The position numbers and the translations under genes were made by a program. A DNA stretch of 64,000 nucleotides from Pseudomonadota bacterium (lineage in GTDB: Bacteria; Pseudomonadota; Gammaproteobacteria; Burkholderiales; Sulfuriferulaceae): contig JAJYPN010000001.1 in the NCBI GenBank assembly GCA_021795395.1, positions 82,468 through 146,467 on the forward strand, given 5' to 3'. Within the stretch, counting starts at the first letter, position 1. Each line of letters begins with the position of its first letter. Positions 34,388 through 42,452 of the stretch are shown piece after piece. Under the pieces are notes generated by a model, which saw only the letters and a program-made list of their open reading frames with translations, was not told where the DNA came from and did not search any database.

Positions 34388-35920
34388 TCAACGCGAACAC
34401 TTTGCCGGATAGAAATACTTGTCGCAAAAATAGCAGGACGCATGAGGCAAAAACGCCGGTATCCGATAATAGCGGTCGCGGATCTGCATCAATATGCCGG
34501 CGCGATACGCCGGGTAATCAAAATCGTACCCCAGCGTCAAATATAACACCGCTCCTCTTACCATCAACTCTCGCACTTCGACTCTGGCGAAGTACGGTGT
34601 ATATTTCCGCAGATCGGGAGGCGATTTGTCGATAGTAAGTATATTACGTCCAGCCAATTGCCGATAGTCGGTAATCATATCGTCTTGCCGTGCGTGTTTG
34701 GAACCGGCACCAAACACAAAAAATTCTTTCCCGGAAAATTTTCTTTCCTCATGATAGGAAAGGACGGCAGAGGAAGAATATCCGTCGGTCGCCATTAAAA
34801 ATTCGGGCGCGTAAGACTGTAACTTTGCCAGCACATTATCCGTATGCATCAGCAGCACGTAGCCGGAATACAATTTCCCATGACCCCATATCGAGGCAGG
34901 TGCGGCAAGCAATACAACCACGAACAGCAAATGCAGCGCGCTGAATCCGGCCATGAATTTCGCAACCCTTATCAACTGCGCAACGGTCAGGTACCGGGCC
35001 ATCAACAGATAAAAAAAAGGATAAAAAGCCAGCACCCAGTGCAAGCCTATGGTTTTTCTGAACGACAACAGCAGAAAAATCGATACCGGCAAGGCAAATA
35101 CGTAAGCATACAGCCGGAATGACATGTCGGCAGCGATCTGGGCGGTTTTGCGTTGCCGCCACCAGTAATATACAATCGGCGGCGTCATCAGATAGAGGGT
35201 AGTGCCGAGATAGAGCAGCACCTTATGCCACTCGAACCGGGCTCCCGTATTGCGGTTATAAAGATTGAACAGAATATTGTCCCAGCAATGCGTGTAATTC
35301 CAGTAAACATTCATTGCGACAAAGGGTGCCGCCGCCAGCAGCATGATCGCAAAATTTCGCCAGCGTCGTTTGCCGGACAAGGCAAACATGAAATAAGCCA
35401 GGTACGCCACGCCCAGCAGCACGGCAAAATATTTGGACAGAAACGCCAGCCCCATCGCCGCTCCCGACAGCGCGTACCACTTCCGGCTATCGTACTCCCA
35501 TGCCCGAACCAGCGCATAAACCGACAAAAAAACGAACAGAATCAATGGCGTATCGGTAGTAATCAACACGTCCAGGATATTGACCGGAGAGAGCAGAAAT
35601 ACCCCCGCTGCCCACGCAGCGCGATCAGTGCCATAGGGTTTGATCAGGCGAAAAATGAGCATGCCGATAAAGGTCGAAAACAGCACCGCCGGCAGCCGCA
35701 TCAGCAGTTCGCCATCGCCGAAGAACCTCAGCAAATACAGCATCCAGCCGACCATGGGAGGATGATCGTAATAGCCGAAATCCAGATGTTTCGCCCATAC
35801 GATAAAATACGCCTCGTCTCCGGACATCGGAAGAAAATACGCCAATCCCGATTTGATAAGCAGAGTGGCAAGCAGAATGCGGATATAAGTTTTATGAGCG
35901 TTCATAATGAAATTTTGCAC
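34388..35920 (-). CDS. GT-C fold glycosyltransferase, ArnT/PMT (family 39/83)-like
   Basis: 510 aa and more than 10 TM. N-terminal SGDEAYFIVWAKHLDFGYYDHPPMVGW motif is typical of polyprenyl-phosphate-sugar-dependent GT-C enzymes. Confidence 0.8.
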   Translation of the reverse strand: MQNFIMNAHKTYIRILLATLLIKSGLAYFLPMSGDEAYFIVWAKHLDFGYYDHPPMVGWMLYLLRFFGDGELLMRLPAVLFSTFIGMLIFRLIKPYGTDRAAWAAGVFLLSPVNILDVLITTDTPLILFVFLSVYALVRAWEYDSRKWYALSGAAMGLAFLSKYFAVLLGVAYLAYFMFALSGKRRWRNFAIMLLAAAPFVAMNVYWNYTHCWDNILFNLYNRNTGARFEWHKVLLYLGTTLYLMTPPIVYYWWRQRKTAQIAADMSFRLYAYVFALPVSIFLLLSFRKTIGLHWVLAFYPFFYLLMARYLTVAQLIRVAKFMAGFSALHLLFVVVLLAAPASIWGHGKLYSGYVLLMHTDNVLAKLQSYAPEFLMATDGYSSSAVLSYHEERKFSGKEFFVFGAGSKHARQDDMITDYRQLAGRNILTIDKSPPDLRKYTPYFARVEVRELMVRGAVLYLTLGYDFDYPAYRAGILMQIRDRYYRIPAFLPHASCYFCDKYFYPAKCSR

Positions 35921-36224
35921 GGAACAGCAAGCGCGATTCAGATGTTACGAAAGGAGGATCCTGAGACGTTTCGATAAAATAGAAGCCGGTACGGCAATCG
36001 TGCAATAAACTCATGAGAACTCTACACGATATAACGAGCCCGCCCGGATAAGTCGCAAAGGCGAGAAGCCGAGGTGTACAAATAGCACATGAGAATTTTG
36101 AGCTCTTTATTAACGAAACATGAGCAAGCGCAGTAATCATGCAAGGCTCTCATTATATAATTTACCTCAACCGGTTCTATCCATTCAGGTAGAATAAGCC
36201 TTTTAGCCAATCTACGGAGTCGTC

Positions 36225-36677
36225 ATGAGCGAACAGGAAGTTCAGGCAGTCTTTGCCATCGAAAAATTATACGTCAAAGATCTTTCGGTAGAAGTGCCGA
36301 ATGCACCGCAGATTTTTTTAGAGCGTGAAACGCCGGAAATCGGTGTGCAACTGACCACCCTGAGCAGTTCCATTGCCGACGACGTCTACGAAATCGTCCT
36401 CACGGCGACGATTACCGCCAAAACCGGCGAAAACACCATGTTTCTGGTCGAAGTCGCGCAGGCAGGCATTTTCCGCATTGCGCAGGTTCCGGCAGACCAA
36501 ATGGAGGCGGTGCTTGGCATCGGTTGCCCAAATATCGTATTTCCCTATTTACGCGAAACCGTCTCGGATCTGGTCAGTCGTGCCGGGTTTCCGCCGGTCA
36601 TTCTGAACCCGGTCAATTTCGAAGCGCTTTATTTACAACAAAAACAAAACACCACTAACGGCACGACCGCTCACTAG
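36225..36677 (+). CDS. secB: protein-export chaperone SecB
   Basis: FAIEKLYVKDLSVEVPNAPQIF...CPNIVFPYLRETVSDLVSRAGFPP. Confidence 0.95.
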   Translation: MSEQEVQAVFAIEKLYVKDLSVEVPNAPQIFLERETPEIGVQLTTLSSSIADDVYEIVLTATITAKTGENTMFLVEVAQAGIFRIAQVPADQMEAVLGIGCPNIVFPYLRETVSDLVSRAGFPPVILNPVNFEALYLQQKQNTTNGTTAH

Positions 36678-36680
36678 ATC

Positions 36681-37115
36681 ATGCGCCATCCGGTTTTTCT
36701 GTTTATTCTGCTGCTGGCCGCCCTACCCGCGCTGGCGGCGGATTTTCGTTCCGCGTCAGGGCCGGCTACGATACTCTACGATGCGCCTTCTACCGAAGGG
36801 AAACCGCTCTTCGTCATCAATCGCGGGTATCCGCTGGAAATATTGGTCAATCTTTCAGGATGGGCAAAAGTACGCGACAGCAGCGGTGCCGTAGCCTGGA
36901 TACAGCAATCGCAGCTCAGTTCCGACAGGACCGTAGTCGTACGTCGCGCTGCCGACATTTTCGCGCAACCGCAGGATCGTTCCGCCGTAAGCGCGCATGT
37001 CGCGGCCGGCGTCATCCTGAGCTGGCTGCAAACCCTGCCGGGCAACTGGATCAAGGTACGCCTGCCCGATCAAAATACCGGTTACATCAAGCTCGACAAG
37101 GTTTGGGGCGCATGA
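36681..37115 (+). CDS. secreted protein with two bacterial SH3-like repeats
   Basis: Signal peptide MRHPVFLFILLLAALPALA. GWAKVRDSSGAVAWI and NWIKVRLPDQNTGYI are SH3b-like. Its stop overlaps the gpsA ATG. Confidence 0.6.
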   Translation: MRHPVFLFILLLAALPALAADFRSASGPATILYDAPSTEGKPLFVINRGYPLEILVNLSGWAKVRDSSGAVAWIQQSQLSSDRTVVVRRAADIFAQPQDRSAVSAHVAAGVILSWLQTLPGNWIKVRLPDQNTGYIKLDKVWGA

Positions 37116-38131
37116 AAATTGCCATCCTCGGCGCGGGTGCGTGGGGAACCGCATTGGCCGTGCATTTTTGCACGCAGCACAGCGTGAGCTTATGGGCTCG
37201 CGATCCGCAGCAGATCGCCACGATGGCGGGCGCACGCGCTAACGCCCGCTATTTGCCCGATGTCGCATTACCTCCTGCCCTGTCGCTGACCGCCAGGCTC
37301 GATGCGACCGTTGTCTGGGCCGACGCGATCATCGTCAGCACTCCCAGCGGCGCATTTCGGGGTATCCTTGAAACGATAGCCCCCCTGATTTCCAGCACGC
37401 CGGTAATTTGGGCGTGCAAAGGATTCGAGGCCGGCAGCATGAAACTTCCACACCAGATCGCTGCCGAGTCATTGCCACAATCCACGCCGCGCGGGGTTCT
37501 CTCCGGCCCCAGCTTTGCCAAAGAGGTAGCGGCCGGCCTGCCCACGGCGCTTACCCTGGCGAGCAGCGACGCACGCATACTGGATATGGCGGTCCAATTG
37601 CATAACCATCATTTGCGGGTTTACACCAGCCCTGATGTCGTCGGCGTGGAGCTCGGCGGCGCGCTTAAAAACGTCATCGCCATCGCCGCGGGGATTTCCG
37701 ACGGCCTGCATTTCGGCTATAACGCCCGCGCAGCGCTGATTTCACGCAGCCTGGCCGAAATGATCCGGCTCGGTCAGCAACTGGGAGGTGAAGCGGAAAC
37801 GTTCATGGGGCTGACCGGCATGGGCGATCTTATACTGACGGCGACCAGCGATTTATCGCGCAACCGGCAAGTCGGGCTGAAGCTGGCGGCAGGGATGAAG
37901 CTTCCGGCCATATTGCAAGAACTCGGCCATATCGCCGAAGGCGTCACCACCGCGCGCGAAATCGATAAACTGGCGCTGGAAATGGGTGTAGACATGCCTG
38001 TGGTCCACGCCGTAAACCAGATTCTCTATCAGGACATTGCGCCGGAGATAGCGGTGCAAACCCTGCTCAATCGGGAACCCAAAGCAGAACTGAGCCGCTC
38101 GCCATCAAACTCAGGTAAAACTCCACACTAA
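37112..38131 (+). CDS. gpsA: NAD(P)H-dependent glycerol-3-phosphate dehydrogenase
   Basis: Start MKIAILGAGAWGTALA. Motifs GALKNVIAIAAGISDG and GDLILTATSDLSRNR. Confidence 0.95.
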   Translation: MKIAILGAGAWGTALAVHFCTQHSVSLWARDPQQIATMAGARANARYLPDVALPPALSLTARLDATVVWADAIIVSTPSGAFRGILETIAPLISSTPVIWACKGFEAGSMKLPHQIAAESLPQSTPRGVLSGPSFAKEVAAGLPTALTLASSDARILDMAVQLHNHHLRVYTSPDVVGVELGGALKNVIAIAAGISDGLHFGYNARAALISRSLAEMIRLGQQLGGEAETFMGLTGMGDLILTATSDLSRNRQVGLKLAAGMKLPAILQELGHIAEGVTTAREIDKLALEMGVDMPVVHAVNQILYQDIAPEIAVQTLLNREPKAELSRSPSNSGKTPH

Positions 38132-38237
38132 CGAGGATGTGCTCTGTTAGCAGCAAAGCAATTCCATGCGAGATCTATCCACATTATGCCTGGAAGATCC
38201 GGTACCCCCCATTTTTAAAGGTATCTAAAAGTAGAGG

Positions 38238-38385
38238 TTAAGCGGCCAAAGCCAATTTCTGTTTTGGCGTTATACCGACAATGGCCGTGTTAGGTCGTTC
38301 GTGATTGTAAGTCCATAGCCAGTTGGTAGCAAAGTTTTGCACCTCATCAATCGAATCAAACAAATGGTGCGCCAGCCAAATTTTC
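38238..38385 (-). pseudogene. IS3-family transposase orfB C-terminal fragment
   Basis: FDSIDEVQNFATNWLWTYNHERPNTAIVGITPKQKL is the typical rve-integrase C-terminal tail. The catalytic core is missing. Confidence 0.7.
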
Positions 38386-38774
38386 GGACACCAACTTGGC
38401 CCGATAGCGATAGCAGGTCTCGCTGATTGAGAATGCCGCACACGCCATGCGTATGGGAATCTGCCGATGCTGCACTGCCCTCAAGGTCATCTCGCGACGC
38501 GTAGACGGCCTCACCACTTTTTTGCCAGCGCCTCCTGTACGATCGGCTTTGAGCCGTTCTTCCGCATACATTTTCTTGAGCCGACGATTCTCGTCTTCCA
38601 GTTCCTTCATGCGCGCCATCATCGAGGCATCCATACCGCCGAATTTGGCACGCCATTTATAAAACGTGGCAGAACTCATGCCGTGCTCGCGGCACAAGGC
38701 CGGCACTGGCATACCGGCCTCAGCCAGTTTTAATATCTGCAAATCTGGCTGTCGGTAAAATGGGACATCTTCAT
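38356..38774 (-). pseudogene. IS3-family transposase orfA / 5' orfB remnant, frame-disrupted
   Basis: MKMSHFTDSQI (start 38774) is shifted by 1 nt from LQILKLAEAGMPVPALCREHGMSSATFYKWRAKFGGMDAS..RLKKMYAEERLKA. A second frame change runs it into the orfB N-terminus (IRMACAAFSISETCYRYRAKL). It then breaks off. Confidence 0.75.
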
Positions 38775-38862
38775 GTAAAAAATCCTCAAATCGCAGTTAA
38801 GAAAATTCTACTTCAGAATACCTTTATTTGCTGGGAGGATTACCCCATCGAAATAGCAAGCT

Positions 38863-40617
38863 TCATCTTGCTGCCACCATCACATAAATCAGCATCAGAT
38901 TCACGGCAAAAGACACGATAGCCAACATTTGCCAGATCCGCAGCGGGTCACGTTCCAGCAGCGGAGTACGGCGCTGGGGCCGCAGCGGATTCGATTCGCC
39001 CTGTTCCAGAGCCAGCAGCATTTCTTCGACCGTCTCGAAGCGGTTGCGCGGTTCTCGGGCAACCGCCTTGAGCAGAATATTTTCCAGCCAATGCGGAATT
39101 TCGGGCCGATAACGCGTTGGTGGCACCGGTTCGCCGTATCGGGATCGCTGAAAGGGTTCTATCTCGCCATAAGGATAATGCAGCGTGAGCAAATAATACA
39201 AGGTAACTCCGCAGGCATACAACTCCGTCTGTACGCTCGCCAGCTGTCCGGCAATCAATTCCGGAGCCATGAAGCTCGGCGTTCCCGCACCGTCAGCCAG
39301 ATCGTGCAAACCGTCGCTGGCGGCTACGCCGAAATCAAGAATGTGCAATTTATTGTCCATGTCCAGATGCAGGTTATCGGGTTTGATGTCACGGTGTAAA
39401 ATATTCAGCCGGTGCAGAGCGCTCAGGCCTTTCAGCAAACGGATGCCGATCTGCACCGCTTCGGTCACGCTGAAATATCGACCGCTATCCAGATGCTCCT
39501 GTAATGTCGCGCCGTCGTGCCAGCTCATGACATAATACAAAGCCGACCGCTGGCCGGCGGCAAAAGGATAGATTTGCGGAAAATAATGCGCCAGCACTCT
39601 TTTTGCCAGCCATTCTTCCTGCAGCAGATAATTGGCTTGATCGCTATCGTTGCGCACGCCGGGCGGTACGGTTTTCAACACCCACAAACGGCCGTCCGCC
39701 AGGCTGCGTACCTGATACAACAAGGACATGCGGGATTCATGCAGCAAGCTCACGACTTCGAACCCATCCAGCCGGGCACCCTGTTTCATCCGCGGTAATA
39801 CCGGAAGATGACGTTCGGCGCTGAGATGATCGCGCAGATTGTGGTCCGGAACCGCATCAATCCGTACGACCATGGCGCTGGCATTGTCCAAGCCGCCGCG
39901 TTTATACGCCAGATTCACCAGTTCTTGCGCGATGAGCTGTTCGTTCCGGTATAAACGCAGGGTTTTGGACAAGAGCATTTCGCCCAGAGGCTCCCATACT
40001 CCGTCGCTGACCAGAACAAACACATCGCCCGATTTCAATTCACCTTCGCCGAAATCGATCGCGACATGCCGATCCAGCCCCATTGCTCGCGTCAATACAT
40101 GATGCATATTAGGACGAGCCCAGACATGATCGGCGGTCAATTGCACCAATTGATCGCCGCGCAGCCGATATATTCTGCTATCGCCGACATGCGCCGTATA
40201 ATAGCGGCTTCCGCGGAACACCACGGCTGAAAGCGTACATGCCATTCCTCCCATGTCGCGGCTGTCTGCCGTTTGCGCGTTAAGCCAGCGATTGATAGCG
40301 ACCAGCACCTTGTCCAGCGCATGCGATACCGTCCAGGTATCGGGGGTGGCGTAATAATCCGCCAATAACCCGCGCACGCTGTATTCTGCCGCTTCGCGCC
40401 CGGCAGTACCGCCGGAAACGCCGTCGGCCAGCGCTACCAGCAAGCCTTTATCGCGTAATTGCGCACCTTGCGGTTCGACATAACCGCAAAAATCTTCGTT
40501 GCGCTCGCGCGGACCGGCAGCAGAAAGATATCCGACGCTTAACTGCAACGGTACCGGTTTTGTTTTGGACGGTGGAACAAATGCCGGCGAAACCGGATCA
40601 CGCAGTAATTGATTCAT
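38863..40617 (-). CDS. fusion protein: N-terminal PP2C phosphatase + Hanks-type Ser/Thr kinase + C-terminal TM anchor
   Basis: PP2C motifs: ADGVSGG, HVGDSRIYR, VSDGVWE, GGLDNAS. Kinase motifs: VLK lysine, HRDIKPDN, DFGVA, SFMAPE. C-terminal helix IWQMLAIVSFAVNLMLIYVMVAA. Confidence 0.85.
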   Translation of the reverse strand: MNQLLRDPVSPAFVPPSKTKPVPLQLSVGYLSAAGPRERNEDFCGYVEPQGAQLRDKGLLVALADGVSGGTAGREAAEYSVRGLLADYYATPDTWTVSHALDKVLVAINRWLNAQTADSRDMGGMACTLSAVVFRGSRYYTAHVGDSRIYRLRGDQLVQLTADHVWARPNMHHVLTRAMGLDRHVAIDFGEGELKSGDVFVLVSDGVWEPLGEMLLSKTLRLYRNEQLIAQELVNLAYKRGGLDNASAMVVRIDAVPDHNLRDHLSAERHLPVLPRMKQGARLDGFEVVSLLHESRMSLLYQVRSLADGRLWVLKTVPPGVRNDSDQANYLLQEEWLAKRVLAHYFPQIYPFAAGQRSALYYVMSWHDGATLQEHLDSGRYFSVTEAVQIGIRLLKGLSALHRLNILHRDIKPDNLHLDMDNKLHILDFGVAASDGLHDLADGAGTPSFMAPELIAGQLASVQTELYACGVTLYYLLTLHYPYGEIEPFQRSRYGEPVPPTRYRPEIPHWLENILLKAVAREPRNRFETVEEMLLALEQGESNPLRPQRRTPLLERDPLRIWQMLAIVSFAVNLMLIYVMVAAR

Positions 40618-40632
40618 TTCGCGATCCCCCGC

Positions 40633-41844
40633 TTACACTCGCGCGGCGGCTACATCCGGTGCCCCCCACGTGGTGCGCCAGCGCGATTTGACGCGGGTAA
40701 GACCGAGCAGGGCGATCACTGCCAATCCAGCAAACAGGCTAAAACCGATACGGTAGCTGCCTGTCAGTTTATACGAATAACCCAGGCTCGAAGCGAGATA
40801 GAATCCGCCGACGCCGCCAGCCATACCGACCAGGCCGGTCATGACTCCGATTTCTCGGCGAAAGCGTTGCGGCACCAGCTGAAATACCGCACCGTTGCCC
40901 ATACCGAGCGCCAGCATGGCGGGAATGATAACGGCAAGCGCCGATATAGCCGTCGGCATGCCCAGACTGACAACAAATAAAAACGCTGCAGCAAGCAGAT
41001 ACATGATCATGAGAGAACGGATACCGCCGATGCGATCGGCGAGCATTCCTCCCAACGGCCGCACCAGAGATCCCGCGAACACGCAAGCCGCGGTATAATA
41101 ACCGGCAGTTATCGCAGACAGTCCGTATTGCGTATTGAAGTAGATCGTCAGAATGGATGCCATGCCGACAAAACCGCCGAACGTGACGCTGTAAAAAAAC
41201 ATGAACCACCAAGCATCCCGCTCCTTCAATACCCGCAAGTATTCGGTCATCGATTTTGCCGGTGGACATTCCGGGCTATCCCTGGCGAAGATCATATAAA
41301 CAGCAAACGCTATCGCTACGGGAATCAACGCAATACCGAAAACATTGCGCCAACCAAATGCTGCCGCCAAGCCTGGCGCAAACAGGGCCGCCAGCGCAGT
41401 CCCCGAATTTCCCGCCCCGGCTATGCCCAATGCCGTCCCCTGATGCTGCGGCGGATACCAGCGCGACGCCAGCGGCAGGGCTACGGCAAATGATGCGCCG
41501 GCGAATCCGAGCAGCGTGCCCAGCAGCAATATCTGCTGATAGGAACTGATGGCAAACAACCACGCCCACAACAAGGCCAGCGCAACGATAATCTGACCGA
41601 TCATGCCCGCCTTTTTCGGTTTCAGGTGGTCGACCAGCACACCCATCACGATGCGCAGCATCGCCCCAGCCAGTATCGGCGTTGCCACCATCAGCCCCTT
41701 TTGTGCCGCGTCCAGAGCCAGTGATTTGGCGATTTGCACCCCCAACGGTCCGAGCATGACCCATACCATAAACGAAATATCAAAGTATAAAAATGCTGAG
41801 ATGAGCGTAGGAGTATGCCCGGTTTTCCAGAATGAATTGTTCAT
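40633..41844 (-). CDS. narK: MFS nitrate/nitrite transporter (NarK/NasA-transporter type)
   Basis: 403 aa, 12 TM. The N-terminus (MNNSFWKTGHTPTLISAFLYFDISFMVWVMLGPLG) and the central region are typical of the NNP family. Lies in the nas locus. Confidence 0.9.
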   Translation of the reverse strand: MNNSFWKTGHTPTLISAFLYFDISFMVWVMLGPLGVQIAKSLALDAAQKGLMVATPILAGAMLRIVMGVLVDHLKPKKAGMIGQIIVALALLWAWLFAISSYQQILLLGTLLGFAGASFAVALPLASRWYPPQHQGTALGIAGAGNSGTALAALFAPGLAAAFGWRNVFGIALIPVAIAFAVYMIFARDSPECPPAKSMTEYLRVLKERDAWWFMFFYSVTFGGFVGMASILTIYFNTQYGLSAITAGYYTAACVFAGSLVRPLGGMLADRIGGIRSLMIMYLLAAAFLFVVSLGMPTAISALAVIIPAMLALGMGNGAVFQLVPQRFRREIGVMTGLVGMAGGVGGFYLASSLGYSYKLTGSYRIGFSLFAGLAVIALLGLTRVKSRWRTTWGAPDVAAARV

Positions 41845-41962
41845 GGTTTTCTCTTTTTAGAGTTAAGTTTCGCACATCGCAATGACATATCGTTGCCGGA
41901 TCCGTCCCGTGGCCGGTTTCGAACTCTATGCACTGCTTGCTGATTTGCTCTCCAACCTTAAA

Positions 41963-41978
41963 AGCAAAATATGCGCCA
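41963..41978 (-). promoter_or_regulatory. candidate sigma-54 (-24/-12) promoter upstream of narK
   Basis: The minus strand reads TGGCGCATATTTTGCT (GG-N10-GC, TTGCT), ~120 nt upstream of the narK ATG. An AT-rich tract follows upstream. Confidence 0.5.
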
Positions 41979-42070
41979 CAATTTATTTTTAAAACAAGCT
42001 GATGATTTTATTGACTTTAAAAAGAGAAAACGAAAAATTTAGAACAGGATGCGCGCAAAGAGTGCGGCGG

Positions 42071-42087
42071 TGAACTATGCTGGTGCA
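42071..42087. promoter_or_regulatory. possible NtrC-type enhancer site
   Basis: TGAACTATGCTGGTGCA versus consensus TGCACC-N5-GGTGCA. It lies ~95 bp upstream of the sigma-54-like element, inside the cbiX 3' end. Confidence 0.3.
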
Positions 42088-42452
42088 TGCGTTTTTGCAA
42101 ATTCGATCCAATCGGCGATCGCATGTAATATGACATCGCTATCGCCCAGTACTGGCGTATTATTTAGAACCGCCTGAGGATAACGCTGACTCAATTTTTC
42201 CAGCAGTTTCGGAAAATCCCGCTGAAAATGCGCTCCCGGTCCGAGAAACAGGGGCACGATGCAGATATCGGTTACGTTTGCAGCCAGCAAGTCGGCAACG
42301 GCCTCGTCGAGAGTGGGCTGCATGAGTTCGAGGAAGCCAAGCGTAACTACCGTATTCCTTTGCCCTGCGGCAACGATTTGCTGCAAACGCCGGAATGGCG
42401 CCGCCCATTCCGGATCGCGAGCGCCGTGCGCAAACAGCACGATACCTTTCAT
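42075..42452 (-). CDS. cbiX: small CbiX/SirB-type sirohydrochlorin ferrochelatase
   Basis: Start MKGIVLFAHGARDPEW (ATGA overlap with the upstream stop). ~125 aa with IVPLFLGPGAHF, which is the typical CbiX(S) pattern. Confidence 0.8.
   Translation of the reverse strand: MKGIVLFAHGARDPEWAAPFRRLQQIVAAGQRNTVVTLGFLELMQPTLDEAVADLLAANVTDICIVPLFLGPGAHFQRDFPKLLEKLSQRYPQAVLNNTPVLGDSDVILHAIADWIEFAKTHAPA

Larger units (their letters stand above)
38201..38848 (-). mobile_element. decayed IS3-family insertion sequence remnant (~650 bp; internally deleted and frameshifted)
   Basis: Imperfect terminal inverted repeats: GGTACCCCCCATTTTTAAAGGTATCTAAAAGTAG at ~38201, and the reverse complement GGGGTAATCCTCCCAGCAAATAAAGGTATTCTGAAGTAG ending at ~38848. 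They enclose OrfA-like and OrfB-tail-like coding remnants. Boundaries are approximate. Confidence 0.75.

Noticed and set aside
41845-41962. ANTAR/NasT- or NasR-type antitermination leader (paired hairpins with hexaloops) upstream of narK. The same was checked for nirB at 46186-46276.
   Set aside because: I could only find weak 4-5-bp stems and one short GC palindrome (GTGCCGCGGCAC at ~46237-46248). There is no dual hexaloop hairpin plus terminator arrangement, and no nasS/nasT/nasR gene in the window.
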